Source: Octopus vulgaris
Lineage: Eukaryota
Assembly (NCBI GenBank): GCA_951406725.2
Contig: OX597815.1
Coordinates: forward strand, 115,010,001 to 115,074,000
Reading direction: 5' to 3'
Length of the DNA: 64,000 nt
The position numbers were made by a program, and so were the translations under genes. Position 1 is the stretch's first letter. Each line of letters begins with the position of its first letter. Under the pieces are notes generated by a model. The model ran no database searches, was not told where the DNA came from, and saw only the letters and a program-made list of their open reading frames with translations. Positions 41,170-53,977 of the stretch are shown piece by piece.

Positions 41170-41304
41170 CTGAGAAGTTAATGTGTTTAGCCTAAGATGA
41201 GAAGCCTCTGAAGAAAGTTCCATTGTTTGAAGTTTCTTGTCAAAAACGTCATTCTCATTATCAGCTCCATTAATAGTAAGTTTTATAAACTCTGAGGGTA
41301 GTGG
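41170..41304 (-). CDS. Uncharacterised gene, duplicated phase-0 exon B (135 nt)
   Basis: tttcag|CCA...CAG|gtaaaaa. Open: PLPSEFIKLTINGADNENDVFDKKLQTMELSSEASHLRLNTLTSQ. Confidence 0.62.
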
Positions 41305-43129
41305 CTGAAACCAGAAATATAGGAGATCCATAGTCTTCAGATGATTTCAAAAAGTCATTATGAAAAACTTAGAAGAGGTGGCAACTGAATTTTCGTTGTA
41401 TATTAATATGTTATTATTTAAAATTTTTAATGATATTAATAATTTTCTCACTTCACCCTTCTCAGAGAGAACTAACATGACAAAAACCATCCTCTTATGC
41501 ATGGTAGTTCACTGCCCACACAACCAAAATTCATATATACAAAATCACTATAATTCCATTGATGGAATTATAGCTGTGACTGCTGCTGCTGCTCCTCCTC
41601 CTCTGCTGCCGCAGCAGCAGCAACAGCAACAACAACAACAACAGCAGCAGCAACAGCAAGAATAACAACAACAACAAGCCAGAAATCTGCACCAGGCTCT
41701 AATTGTCTGTTTTGCCATGGTTTCTTTGGCTGAATGCTTTACAGAGTGTAGTGGATGCTTTTTATGTGGCACCAGCACAGGTGGTTTTTACATAGTGTTA
41801 GCATGGATGTTTTTTATGTGGGACCAGCATGGGTACTTTATACATGGTGCCAGTTCAGATAAATAATACAGCCTACAACACTGGAGAAAATAATCAAACT
41901 CTATAAATTAGATGGTTTTTAAAACCACCACAAATCCTTGAAGACCTTTAACTTGAAATCTACAGTTAGCCACCATGAATTATGGAGCTCATGAACTCAC
42001 CTGCATCCTTTCAATACTCTCACAATGATACTCTCTACATTTGTTACACTCTTTAAGTTCAGCTTCACACAATGCACACTAAATAAATCTTCTCCAAAAC
42101 TATCACTCTCAACTCCATCAGGCTCATCAGCACCTATACTTTTACACATATATGCCAAGTGTGGAAGGACCTCTGATCAAAAAAACCAAAGTGAACAACT
42201 ATCCTAGGTAGTGTCTCTCTTAATTTCTTTCTCTCTTTATTAAAGTCTATCTTTACGAATATGCTGCACTGTGTCCTATACCTAACAAGAGCAACCCCAC
42301 TGACACTACCAATTATTGACTTGTTACTCTCAATTCCAATATCTTGAAGATTATAGAGACAGTCATCAACACACACATTCTCCAATACTTTGGCATGCAA
42401 AACCTATTAGCTGCAAATAAGCCACCTCATTCTAACAGAAGCTTTCTGTTAGATCACACCATCACAGTGTGCACTAATGCAGCTTTCTCTGACCAATGCT
42501 CTATTATTTCTGATGTGCCTCAGTGTTCAATATTGTATCCACACTGCTTTATATACTCACCAACCTACTCCTATGCAGATGATACTGATCTTCACTACTC
42601 CTAAAACTTCTGCATCCAAGTGTCATCCACATGCAATCTAGACAACTCACTCCACTCCAATCCTTCAGTGATTCCATGAACAAAGACCTCAAAAATAATC
42701 ACCAATAGGTTTAATGCCAATCTTGTATCCTTCCATTGCACAAAAACATGCTCGATACTTCCACATTCTGGTTGTCCTGTCTCGGATAGGGAGCTATAAT
42801 CATTGTTGTAGCTGATCAAGTGTCATAAGTGCACATATACACATATACAGGCAAATATAAATATACACCACACACCACCAAACCACACCACAACACCACA
42901 CACTACACACCACACCACATCACCATACCCCCCCCACACACTAGCACTGACCACTTCTCAGCACCTACACCATCATCCACATGCCTACACATGCACACAT
43001 GCACATGTCAATGTCACCAGCCCCCTTCCACATGCACATGCATACACACTCTCACATATATATGCACGTGTACCTCTGTTTCAGGATCACCACTACTTTA
43101 TTATCTCCCTTTCTTATATTTTTCGGATG

Positions 43130-43533
43130 TTGAGTCACATGCAGGCAATGACAAGTGACTGAGACTTTTGATAATTTACTGTGCTTGAGAAGATACGTCA
43201 AGCTAAGTGAAATCATGGTCAGTGCCAATGACACATAAAAGGCACCCGTGCCAGTAACGTGTGAAAGGTATCAGTGTCAGTGACACGTAAAAAGCACCCA
43301 TGCTAGTGACATGTTAAAAAGGCACCCATGCCAGTGACATATAAAAGGTACCTGTGCTAGTGAAACATAAAAGAGTACCCATACCAGTGCTATGTAAAAG
43401 ACACCCAGCACACTCTTTAAAGTGGTAGATGTTAGGAAGGGCATCCGGCTTATCAGCTCCAGTCAAACTGTCTAATTCATGATAAAATGTAAAACAGACG
43501 TTAAACGATGATGATGATGATAATAATGATGAT
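43130..43533 (+). mobile_element. RTE-family 3' end with ~30-bp tandem subrepeats and (GAT)n tail
   Basis: Repeated ccagtgacacgtaaaaggcacc-like units, then the family terminus. Confidence 0.7.
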
Positions 43534-43959
43534 ATATATATATATATATATATATATTATTCTAAAACTCAAAGTTTGCCTGTTTTCAAGCCATTTGATT
43601 AAGATAATAAAGATTACAAATAAGATAGTCAATTCCCTCTTTAAGAAAAAAAAATCAAGTTAAAAATGTCAACACTTCAAAGTGTTGTCAAAGCTACCAC
43701 CGGCTGTCCTTTTTTCTTATTTTCTTTTTCTTCCCTTGATCATTTATATAACTTTTGGAGTGCCATGAACTTGAAAGATAGAAATTCTTCCTATATTTTT
43801 ATGAGATATCTTTTAAATCATGGGTACTTGATTTTTTTTTTCTTTAAGGGGAAAATTACTATTTTATTTAAAATAAAATATTAATCTTTACCAACTTAAC
43901 CAAAAGGCAGAAAAACAGACAGAGAGACTATCTCTTTATAGACAAAGATCAATTACAAG

Positions 43960-44634
43960 GGAGGAGTTGAATCTCATAAGAATGGAAAAACAAACAACAG
44001 CAAATGGGTTGTACCTTATAATGAAACTCTTTTAAGAGCATTCAAATGCCACTGCAACATTGAAATCACTGCCTCAGTGAGGTCAATTAAGTATGTTATC
44101 AAGTACGTGCTGAAAGGAAATGACCAAGCTGCTGTTCAAATAAGCAATGGTAATGAAATTAGAGATACTGGAACATCTGAAGCAATTGCTTCTATTTTAG
44201 GATTTTCCATTCATGAAAGAGCACCTGCAATAGTGAGACTGCAAGTTCATCCACCAGATGAACAAAGAATATTGCTCATAAATAATGAGGATATACATGG
44301 CTGTCAATGAACAACATATGAGAACAACATTGACAGAACTCCTTTCACTGTGCATCAATGATGACCTTGCAAAAACGTTACCTAATGCTGAAGTAACCAA
44401 GTATTTCTCTTGGAACAGTAGTAAAAAAGAATGGCAAAGAAAAAGCAAGAAAAAAAGTTGAAGGCCATTTGAACATTTTCAAAGAAGAAGCACTTGGTCA
44501 TGTTTATGTTGTCACACCAAAGGCAGGAGAACTCTATTATTTAAGAATTTTATTGCATGAAGCTCAAAATAGTATTTTTCCCTTTTCTACCATGCAGTGG
44601 TTGTGACCCAACAGGTCATGTCAGATACATCTAG
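43960..44634 (+). mobile_element. Helitron relic (post-Rep region) with 3' terminus
   Basis: WVVPYN...FKCHCNIE...SIKYVIKYVLKGND...IVRLQVH...GELYYLRILL. Hairpin tgacc/ggtca then CTAG at 44631-44634. Confidence 0.85.
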
Positions 44635-45262
44635 TATATATATATAAAACTGGCACTAGCCTGCTTATGAAATGAATGTACAAATGACTGAGCAGTCTAC
44701 AAACATGCAAACCCTTAACACTCAGGGAGATTCAGCATGACACAGTGTGACAAAGCTGGTTCCTTGAAATACTGGTACAACTCATTTTTACCAGCTGAGT
44801 TGACTGGAGCAATGTATAATAAAGTGTCTTGCTCAAAAGCACTACACACCACTGGGTATCAAACTCATGACCTTACAGGGTAATTCTCGGCAGTTTTTAT
44901 TTTAAACCCAATATTTGAAATTGTTAGAATGTATGGTAAGTGATTGCATTGTATTCTAAACAAAGTCTTCCGGGCAAAAAATGTGATAGTTGAGTGCTTA
45001 GAATTAGTAACATCTCCCTCATGTAAAAACTATGGTCTGTAATTAATCTATAATCAGATATTCAATTTAGTGCAAGTATGGTTATTTGCAATTTAGTGCA
45101 AGCATGGTTATTTACAATTTAGTGTGAACATGGTTATTTTATGTGCATCAAGGTAAAAAAAAAAGCTTTCACTTCCCAACTCCTCATAAAAAAAGAAAAA
45201 AATTCAAGAAACAAGCTGGTGATTAAAGCTGCAAGAAGAGATAAGGAAAATTAAATTTTTAC

Positions 45263-45400
45263 CTGATTGTTTGCCTTGGAATCATTATTAAATATTGCTG
45301 CCCTATTAAATTTTGGCGGACAACAAGTTGGTTCAGTATCTCTGAGGTTTGCATTTTGGGATTCTTTCACAGCAATGTTTGAAGGCGTTGTTACCAGTAT
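45263..45400 (-). CDS. Uncharacterised gene, duplicated phase-0 exon A (138 nt)
   Basis: ttgaag|ATA...CAG|gtaaaaa. Open: ILVTTPSNIAVKESQNANLRDTEPTCCPPKFNRAAIFNNDSKANNQ. Confidence 0.6.
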
Positions 45401-45984
45401 CTTCAAGTAGAAATATAATCAGTCATAACAATATTCTATGCCATAAATACAAACTAAATAAATAAACTGAAAACTTAGCTGTCTAGTCAGCTTAAATTCC
45501 TCTTCTCCACCCACTATTCCTGGGAAGGAATAGATCTTCATAGGGTTCTCTCAGAAGCAACCATCATTACACTATCCAGCTGGATTCCCAAGCATGATCA
45601 ACTGAGACTTATGTATATTATCCAACCATTTCATTCTTGGTTTACTGTTAGATCATTTGTTAGTTGGTTAGGTTTAAGGAATCTATCTTGCAATTCTTTC
45701 TAATAATACAAAGTTCAAGTTTTTATTTCCTATCACCAAATACTCTACAGCATGGCACTGATACATTGTATCATGTCATCAGCTTTAGAGATGGTATTTA
45801 TAGCAGGACTAGAGAGTTCACTCTATCATGTATTAAGTTTTGTTTGGAGATACTGCTCTCCAAGACACTGTAGTTTGCAGAGTCCACACTTCCTTAGCAG
45901 CCATCTTTTTGTGGTTGTGCAGGTGAAACACTGTGTTGGTTATCAGCAGGTTATGTACTGCACAAGAGATTGAATGGAGATTCT

Positions 45985-46945
45985 TCTGAAGCATTCCCAG
46001 TCACTAAAGGAGTCACCTACGTTGTTCAGCATGATGTTCTCAGCAATGCTGTAGGATGCCTTCTGCAATTATGACAAAACCAGCATCAAGATCAGATTCA
46101 GGACTGATGGCAGATCTTCAACTTGGAGAGGTATAGGCCAATGCCAAGGTGGAAGAGGACTCAGTTTGCCAGTTCCTGTTTGCAGATAACTGAGCACTCA
46201 ACTCCACCACAAAGGCTCAGATGTAGCAGAGCATAAATTGTTTTCCCACTGCCTGCAACAACTTTGGCCTCACAATCAGTACTCAGGAGACAGGTGTCAG
46301 GCACCAGCCTGCCCTGCAGAAGCAGTATGTGGAACCAACTATTACTATCAAAGAGCAAACCCCGAAGGTTGTTGATAAGTTCATATACCTCAGCAGCACA
46401 CTCTCCAGATTTGTGAACATTGACAACGAAGTTGACAAATGCATCACCAAGGGAAGCTCAGCATTTGGACAGCTATGTGAATCAGTGTGAGAGAGAAGAG
46501 ACATTAGCCTGCTCACCAAGTTGAAGGTGTACCTAGTAGTTGTACTGCCTACACTACTGTATACCTGTGAAACTTCAAGGGTTTATGAATGCCATGTCAA
46601 ATATCCAAACTATTTCCACATGAACTGCCTGAGAAAGCTGTTGAAAAATCAACTGGAAAGACATGGTCGCAGACACAGAGGTCCACTTTTGAGCTGATCT
46701 GCCAAGCATTTACACACTGCTGAGGAGAGCACAAGTCAGGAGGGTAGGCCACCTTGTTTGAATGCCTGATACGTGACTCTCCAATCACTTGTTCTACAGT
46801 GAAGTGGTAGAAGGCAAGCACATTCAAGATGGACAGAAAAGGTGCTTCAAGGATATACTCAAAAACTCACTGAAGAGCTTCGAGATCAACCCTGATGTCA
46901 GGGAAATGGAAGCACACGACCATCTTGCCAGGTGCTGCACCAACA
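45985..46945 (+). mobile_element. RTE-BovB-like LINE fragment (RT C-terminal half)
   Basis: IRFRTDG...LFADN...ACNNFGLTIS...VVDKFIYLSSTLS...TKLKVY.VVVLPTLLYTCET. Confidence 0.8.
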
Positions 46946-46954
46946 GATGCAACC

Positions 46955-47268
46955 AACCCTGAAGGATGAATGGTAAAGTCAAACTCAGTGGTATTTGAAC
47001 TTAGAAGGTAAGGACAGGAGAAATGCTGGTCAGCATTTTGCCCAGCATGCTAATGATCTTGCCAGTGCAATGCCTTAAAAATAATCTTTTCTATTACAGG
47101 CACAAATCCTGAGATTTTATGGGAGAGAGCTAGTCTATTTCATTGACTCCAGTACTGGGATGAAAGGCAAAGTTCACCTCAATGGAATTTGAACTCAGAA
47201 CATAAAGACAAACGAAATGCCACTAAGCATATTGCCTGACTTGCTAATGATTCTGCTAGCTTGCTGCT

Positions 47269-47331
<63 letters not shown>

Positions 47332-47555
47332 GTTTCAAATTTTTCCACAAGGGCAGCATTTTTTTTTTGGAGGGGGGGGAGGTATGAGTCAATTACATGG
47401 GCCCCAGTGTTCAGCTGGTACTTATTTTATTGACCCCAAAAGGATGAAACGCAAAGCTGATCTCAGTAGAATTTGAACTCAGAACGTAAAGATGGATAAA
47501 ATGCCACTAAGCATTTCGCCCAGTATGCTAATGATTCTGTCAGCTCGCTGCCTTA
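46955..47555 (-). mobile_element. Tandem cluster of three family B SINE copies separated by (AAT)n
   Basis: Repeated gaaaggcaaag...gaatttgaactcagaac blocks. More copies at ~49100-49580. Confidence 0.75.
47271..47330. repeat. (AAT)20 microsatellite
   Basis: Read directly. Confidence 0.97.
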
Positions 47556-47558
47556 ATG

Positions 47559-47600
<42 letters not shown>

Positions 47601-47660
47601 TTTTCTTTATTTACATTATTTACATTCGACGAATATTTGTCCTCATCTTGTTTGTTGTTA

Positions 47661-47701
47661 ACACATTTTGGCTGATATACCCTCCAGCCTTCTTCAGGTG
47701 T
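47661..47701 (-). ncRNA. Degenerate minimal hammerhead ribozyme
   Basis: ACAC-CUGAAGA-A-GGCUG-loop-CAGCC-AAAA-U-GUGU. Stems I and II pair, but the GAAA core reads AAAA and stem III is missing. Confidence 0.45.
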
Positions 47702-48019
47702 CTTGGGGAAATTTCAAACCCGGATCTCATTCCTAAGGTATTTTTTTATGTTTTTATCATTATTATTATTATTATTGTTATTATTGTTATTGTTCAGGTC
47801 ACTGCTTGGAATCGAACTCGGAATCTTGGGGTTAGTGGCCTGTGCTCTTAACCACCATGCCATATGCCCATGGGCAATTATGGAGTGAATTTTAGGGCTT
47901 ATAAATCTAATATTTTCCTATCCTTCCTTAATACCGGTTCCCATATGCTGCTCATATCTGCACTCAGTCTGCTTAGGAGGTTGTTGTGTCCTAGCATATG
48001 TGCTAGGACAATCAGCTGG

Positions 48020-48275
48020 CATTCCTGGACATATTATTATTGTTGTCAGAAAACAACACAGCTCCCATGACTTTCGGAAACATTTTTTCACGCTCAGAGT
48101 TGCTGAAGCATGGAATAAACTGCCTTCGTCAGTTGTTAACTGCCATGACACTGCATCCTTTAAGGCCCTCATGCTTTCCGAAATCCGCCGAAACTACACC
48201 TGATTATATATACACTTTAGATGAGTTGTAGTGCACCTGAGCACTGTACACAATTATTATTATTATTATTATTAT
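48020..48275 (+). mobile_element. CR1/L2-type LINE 3' end
   Basis: RKHFFTLRVAEAWNKLPSSVV...SFK followed by an (ATT)n tail. Confidence 0.75.
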
Positions 48276-48429
48276 TTATTAATAACACGCACCAAGTATG
48301 GATTCAAGAAGATCTGTATACCACAAGCTGACCGCTAGTGGACGATACCTCAACTTCAATTACCACTATCCATACAGTGTAAAGAGAAAGATTGCTCAGT
48401 GTCTAAAGCATCATGCAAAGAATATAAGT

Positions 48430-49050
48430 AGTGGTTGTGAAATGCAGGACAGACAACACTATTGATAGTGACAAACGCAGAATTTGTGGTGAGAGGGGTG
48501 AAACAGTATGGCACATCGTTAGTGAATGCCTGGAATTGGTACAATGTGGATACAAAAGATGCCATGACAATGTGGCAAGAATGATCCATTGGGAGCTCTG
48601 TGGAAATCTCGGCCTACGAAGAGTAAAGATGTGGTATGAGCAAACTCCAGAAGGAGCCACCAAAAATAAGAATTGCAAACTCCTGTGGGATGCAATGATC
48701 CAGTGCGATCACCTGGACAGTCATCAGAAACCGGACATTGTAGTGGTGAATAAAAAAGAAAGAACATGTATGATGATCGACATTGCATGCCCTGGTATCA
48801 ACAGGATCAATGTGAAAGAAGATGAAAAAATAAACAACTATCACGATTTGAAGAGTGAAAACATAGCTTAAAAATATCAGTGCAGGTGTGAGGGTAGAAC
48901 ACCTACAAAAATCAGCATTGATTGGAACTACAAGAATTCTTCACAGGGTTCTTGAAGCATGACCAGTAAACAAATGTCACCTTAGTCTGCTAGCAGTGGA
49001 CAGCTGACACTTTCCATCATACCAAGCAAAATAAGCTGTGAGTTTTCATA
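48430..49050 (+). mobile_element. R4/Dong-like non-LTR element 3' part (CCHC knuckle + RLE endonuclease)
   Basis: RICGERGETVWHIVSEC...HDNVARMIHWELC...KPDIVV...IDIACP. Ends at a (TAA)n run, the known Dong target. Confidence 0.85.
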
Positions 49051-51415
49051 TAATAATGATAATAATGATGATGATGATAATAATAATAATAATAATAATA
49101 ATAATGGCTTCAAATTTTTGGCACAAGGTCATCAATTTTCAATGGATTAATAATAATAATAATAATGGTTTCAAATTTTTGGCACAAGGTCATCAATTTT
49201 CAATGGATGGGAATAATCAATTACATTTGACCTCAGTACTCAACTGGTACTTATTTTATTGGCCTTAAAAGGAAGAAAAGCAAAGCAGACCTCTACAGAA
49301 ATTGAACTCAGAATGTAAAGATGGATGAAATGCTGTTTAGTATTCAGCTCGGTGTGCAAACAATTCTGCCAGGACAACAACAACAACATCAACAGCAATA
49401 ATAATTATTTCTAATTTTAGCACTAGTCCAGCTATTTTGAGGGGAGTTGTGGGCGCAAGTTGATTACATCGAGTTCAACATTCAATTAGTAGTTACTTCA
49501 TCAACACCCAAAATGATGAAAGGTAAAATTAGCCAAGGCAGCATTTGAACTTAGAATGTAGAGAGATGGAAGTGATGCTGCTAGCTAATGAAAAGAACAT
49601 TAGAAAACAGAGAGAGAGACAGAAATAGATACAAAGAGAGAGTGAAAGAGAGAGATACACATGCACACACAGAAAGGTTGTTATACTGATTTTGGTAGTA
49701 AGTAGTGGTTTTGTAAAAGTGTGTCTGAATAAATACTTGAAAGTGCAAAAATGTATAAAACCAAACTGCCTTCAGTTCAAAACAAGCATTCTTATTCTAG
49801 CTGCCAAGTAAAACTAAAGACTTGAGCTATTCTCCTCTGTCAGTCCTTCTATTCTTATGCTCCTTTCACAAATATTTTCAGCATGTTGAGAATGAAAAAG
49901 GGTTTTTCTCTCCATTTTCAGTCTATTTCAAGGAAAACTAAAGGGTGATATAGATGAAATCAGAGAGGAAAGGATCTGATTTTCAACCCTCTCATTTTAA
50001 TCCTCTGCATTCTTCTTCTTGTCAAAGCCAGAAGAAAAATATTTATTTCATGATCCTTATCAAAGAAATGTAATAAGCAATGGTCACCTTTGAAAATCAG
50101 CTAAGCTGATGTTCAAACCATCAACACTATCATCATTTTCATTGTCAGTTAATGCTTGTTTGTGGTCTTCAGTCAGACATTCTGTTGCCTGAAGCGGCTT
50201 CATGGAAATACACTAGATATATAGTGGTGGCATCATTAGATCTCTATAGCTAAAGTCACTGTAATTTTAATGTCAACTATTTTTATAAGTTGCCAGCATT
50301 GCTAAGTAAAGTTAAGAAAAATAAACAAGACAAAACAAAAACCCTGTATTTTTGCTTTACCATTTATAAATCTGTTGGAATTTATCGAGAACAAAACGCA
50401 TACACAGTGTACTCTGCTTATTTCTTATGAGATATTCAGGTTACAACAGCTTCCTCACATTTTTTTTTCTTCTGGTGATATTTGTACCAGCTTTGCATAT
50501 AGCATATTTATTAATTTTAACATTTATAACATTTTAGAACAATGACATTTACAACAGAGAATAACGATGTCAAAGTTTATTGCAATAATATATGTTAATT
50601 GCATGGATTATTTATTCATTTGTTTTCTTTCTTTCTATTTCTGAGAATTTTTATGACAGTAAAGGTCATGAGAGAAATGATAAGAAGGTGAAACACTGAG
50701 CAAAACATTTTACTTGTTCTTAGATTTGATTATAAAAATTTGATAATTATATTTCATAAACAGTATAGAACAATAATGATTTCTTTTGCCAAATCAAAAG
50801 GCTTTTTTATTATTGTTGTTGTTTTGCTCAACGACAACGACAACTGCAACAACAAAAGACAATAACAAGGTCGTAAGTAAAACAGCTAGTTTTAAATCGC
50901 TGAATGAGATCTAAGTAGTAACTATACTGCATAGTAAAATCTATTTGCCAATGTAAGGTAGCAGTCCTGCGTAGGACCATGTTACTCCCTTTTAACCCCA
51001 GGAAAACATCATTCCCAGCTGGTTACTGACACACAATCCGTGTCTGAAATATACTGTGAGCAAGGATCAAATAGAACTATTATCAAAAGCACTCCAATGA
51101 TGACCATCCTGTCTTTTACCAAACAACAGGATTTTTTTTTATAATTTCAAGGGAGAAGTAAATCCCTACTCACTACCTTATTGGAACTTAATTTATTGAC
51201 CTTACAAACTATGATATTGTCGCAACAGAAACGGTGATGGTGATGATGATGAAGATGACAGCGGTGGTGGCGATGGTGACAGTGGTGGTGACAACAAGGC
51301 TGATAATGTAGATTCTTTTATGAAATCTACACTGATGTTCTAACAAGCTGAATCTTTCAGGTTCCATCACACTTTTGTACATGATAATAATTACTGTTGT
51401 GCACATCATGCTTAC

Positions 51416-51448
51416 CTCAACTGTCTGATTGGTCTTCATCCTTCTCAT
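51416..51448 (-). CDS. Candidate first coding exon of the uncharacterised gene (MRRMKTNQTVE)
   Basis: Strong donor GAG|gtaagc in phase 0, in-frame upstream stop, frame-compatible with the exon at 45400. Confidence 0.4.
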
Positions 51449-52189
51449 TACAATATACCAACCAGGTCACACATCTGAGACGAAGCAACAATTTTCAGAT
51501 TCATATCTCTCCAATTCAACTAAGAACACTATATGAATATTCAATTACATTAAATATATTCCAAAGAGAGAATTAAAGACTCTTATTTGCCTACTTTGGA
51601 ATGGTTAGCACTGCTTTTTTTTTATTATTCAAACCACTATTTATGTTTTCTAAATAAATTATCTAATTTGTTAGTTCCTTATCTATCGATTCCTTTCAAT
51701 CAGCACTCATTCTGAATTCTACTCCATATTAAATTGTCTTCTCATTGCTCTAGAAATTAAAAGCTTCAGGAATGAAACGCTTAGTCAACCAGCAAAACTT
51801 CATATCACTCAACACTTGATCATGAGGTATCTTGAAAATCAAGAACAAAGTATAAAGTAACAGAAAGTATAACAGAAAAGGAAACATTGAAATAAAAGAT
51901 GACTAAGTGAAACAATCATCAAATAGATACATAAATATATAATGGAATAGAGAGAAGAAAGAGAATAACAAGATTGCTTTTTATAACACAATCAAAATTG
52001 AATTGATTGACTGAGAAGCACAGCACTTAATAATAACAGAAATAAAAAATGTTTATGAATATGAGTAATAACATGACAGTTATAATACAGTCATATAATA
52101 TTTAATAAATAGAACATGTTATTTCAAAGTTGACAAATAGTTAAGTCCAGAAAGATTCTTCAATGTATGAAGTTAAATTATGTTTGGTA

Positions 52190-52532
52190 TAAAGCTTTTG
52201 AGAGGGTCTCCTGATCCCTTATCTGGCTGTCAATATGGAAACTAGGGATAGATGAGTGGCAGGTGAGAGCTGGGCAAGCAATGTACAGAGATGCTACCAG
52301 TAAGGTGAGGATTGGCATCAAGTACAGCGAAGAATTCAGGATACAAGTAGGTGTTCACCAAGGATGGGTCCTAAGTCCCCTCTTGTTCATCATAGTCCTC
52401 CAGGTAATAACAGAAAAAATCAAGACAGGCTGCCCCTGGGAGCTCCTCTATGCTGATGACCTTGTTCTTAAAGCTGAATCACCACCAGAACTAGAGAAGA
52501 AGTTCCAGGTATGGAAGCAAGATTTAGAATAA
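52190..52532 (+). mobile_element. RTE RT fragment
   Basis: VGVHQGWVLSPLLF...WELLYADDL. A similar fragment lies at ~56128-56280. Confidence 0.85.
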
Positions 52533-52580
52533 GTAGCCTGTGGGCTCCACATGCATGCTTCTATGTGTAAGACAATAAAT

Positions 52581-52866
52581 CAGTGGTTCTCAAAGTGGGT
52601 GGTACTGCAACCCCTGGGGACAGTGGAAAGATCTGGAGGAGGTGGTGAAGAAAAGTGAGGTGATAATGAGGTGGCCAAAAGGGGGAAGTGGATGTAACAA
52701 CAACAAAATAATGGGTAAATTAGGTTAAGTATAATTTGTGAAATAGTTGTTTTGAATTTGCTTCAGAAAGTGGTCTATGTTTGTGGTGGTGAGTGAAGTG
52801 GGGAGCACTAGAAACATGACCAGGGTGTCAAGTGGGTGGCAGCCTCAGAAAATATGGGAACCACTG
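52581..52866. mobile_element. hAT-type MITE
   Basis: TIR cagtggttctc / gggaaccactg. Confidence 0.6.
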
Positions 52867-53087
52867 ATTTAGAAGTATATGTTATCAGAGTATATGAAGT
52901 TACCTCTGTAACTCTGTAACTTAGCAGATCAGTAAAAGAGGCTGATAGAAAAAGTACTAGGCTTAGAAATTAAATAAGTGCTGGGGGTTGATTACTTTGA
53001 CTAAAATTCCTCAAGGCAGTGCCATAGCATGTCAGCACTCTTATGACTGAAGCAAGTAAAAGATAAAAATTTGTATGTGTAGGTATA

Positions 53088-53198
53088 TCTGTCTGTCTGT
53101 CTGTCTGTGTATGTATTATGTATGTATGTATGTATGTATGTATGTATGTATGTATGTATCTATCTATCTATCTATCTAACTATATGTATGTATGTATG
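53088..53198. repeat. Compound tetranucleotide microsatellite (TCTG/TATG/TATC)
   Basis: Read directly. Confidence 0.95.
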
Positions 53199-53925
53199 AC
53201 ACATGTACATCATAGTCATGGTTAGCAATGGTGCCATGTAAGTGGCACCCACCCATGAATCATAGTCATGGTTGTTGTTGGTGACGTGTAAAAAACACCT
53301 GTGCTAGTCACATGTAAAAGCAACCATTACACTCCTGGAGTGGTTGGTGTTAGGAAGGGTATCCAGCTGTAGAAACCATGCCAAAATCAGACTGGAACCT
53401 GGTTCAGCTCTCCAGCTCGTCTGCTCCAGTCTAACCATCTAACCCATGCCAGCATGGAGTGCGGACATCAAATAATGATGATGATACACATATTAATAAA
53501 AACGAAATTCTGTCTGTTCATCTGGGATCCTTTTATCTTAGTCTACATTTGCTCTACATAGCTATATTAAACCATTTTGGAATCAGCATTGGGATTTTAT
53601 TTAAAAGTATTCTGGTTGCTATATCTAGCTGATTAAGCAATCGTGAGGTTTCAATGCTATAATACAAGAGTTACCTCCCTTAGTTTTAAGTTTTAGTAAG
53701 GAATTTAGTGGTCCTTTTTATTTTTTCTAGCGATAAGACTGCAGGTACACTGGGGAACCATCTTGAATTTTAATCGAACGAATCAACACCAGCTCTTTTT
53801 TTTTCTTTGTGCCTGGTACATTTTTTATTGGCCTCTTTTACCAAACCTCTAAGTTACATGAATATAAACACAGCAACACCAGTTATCAAGCAGTTGTGGA
53901 GGACAAAGACAGACACAAAAGCACA

Positions 53926-53977
<52 letters not shown>

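Noticed and set aside
41360-41778. Poly-Q / poly-C ORFs
   Set aside because: CAG/CAA microsatellite next to an RTE-like tail, with no splice or homology support.
42180-42780. SYADDT motif suggesting a LINE RT
   Set aside because: Probably a CR1/Jockey-type relic, but too degraded to bound or classify.
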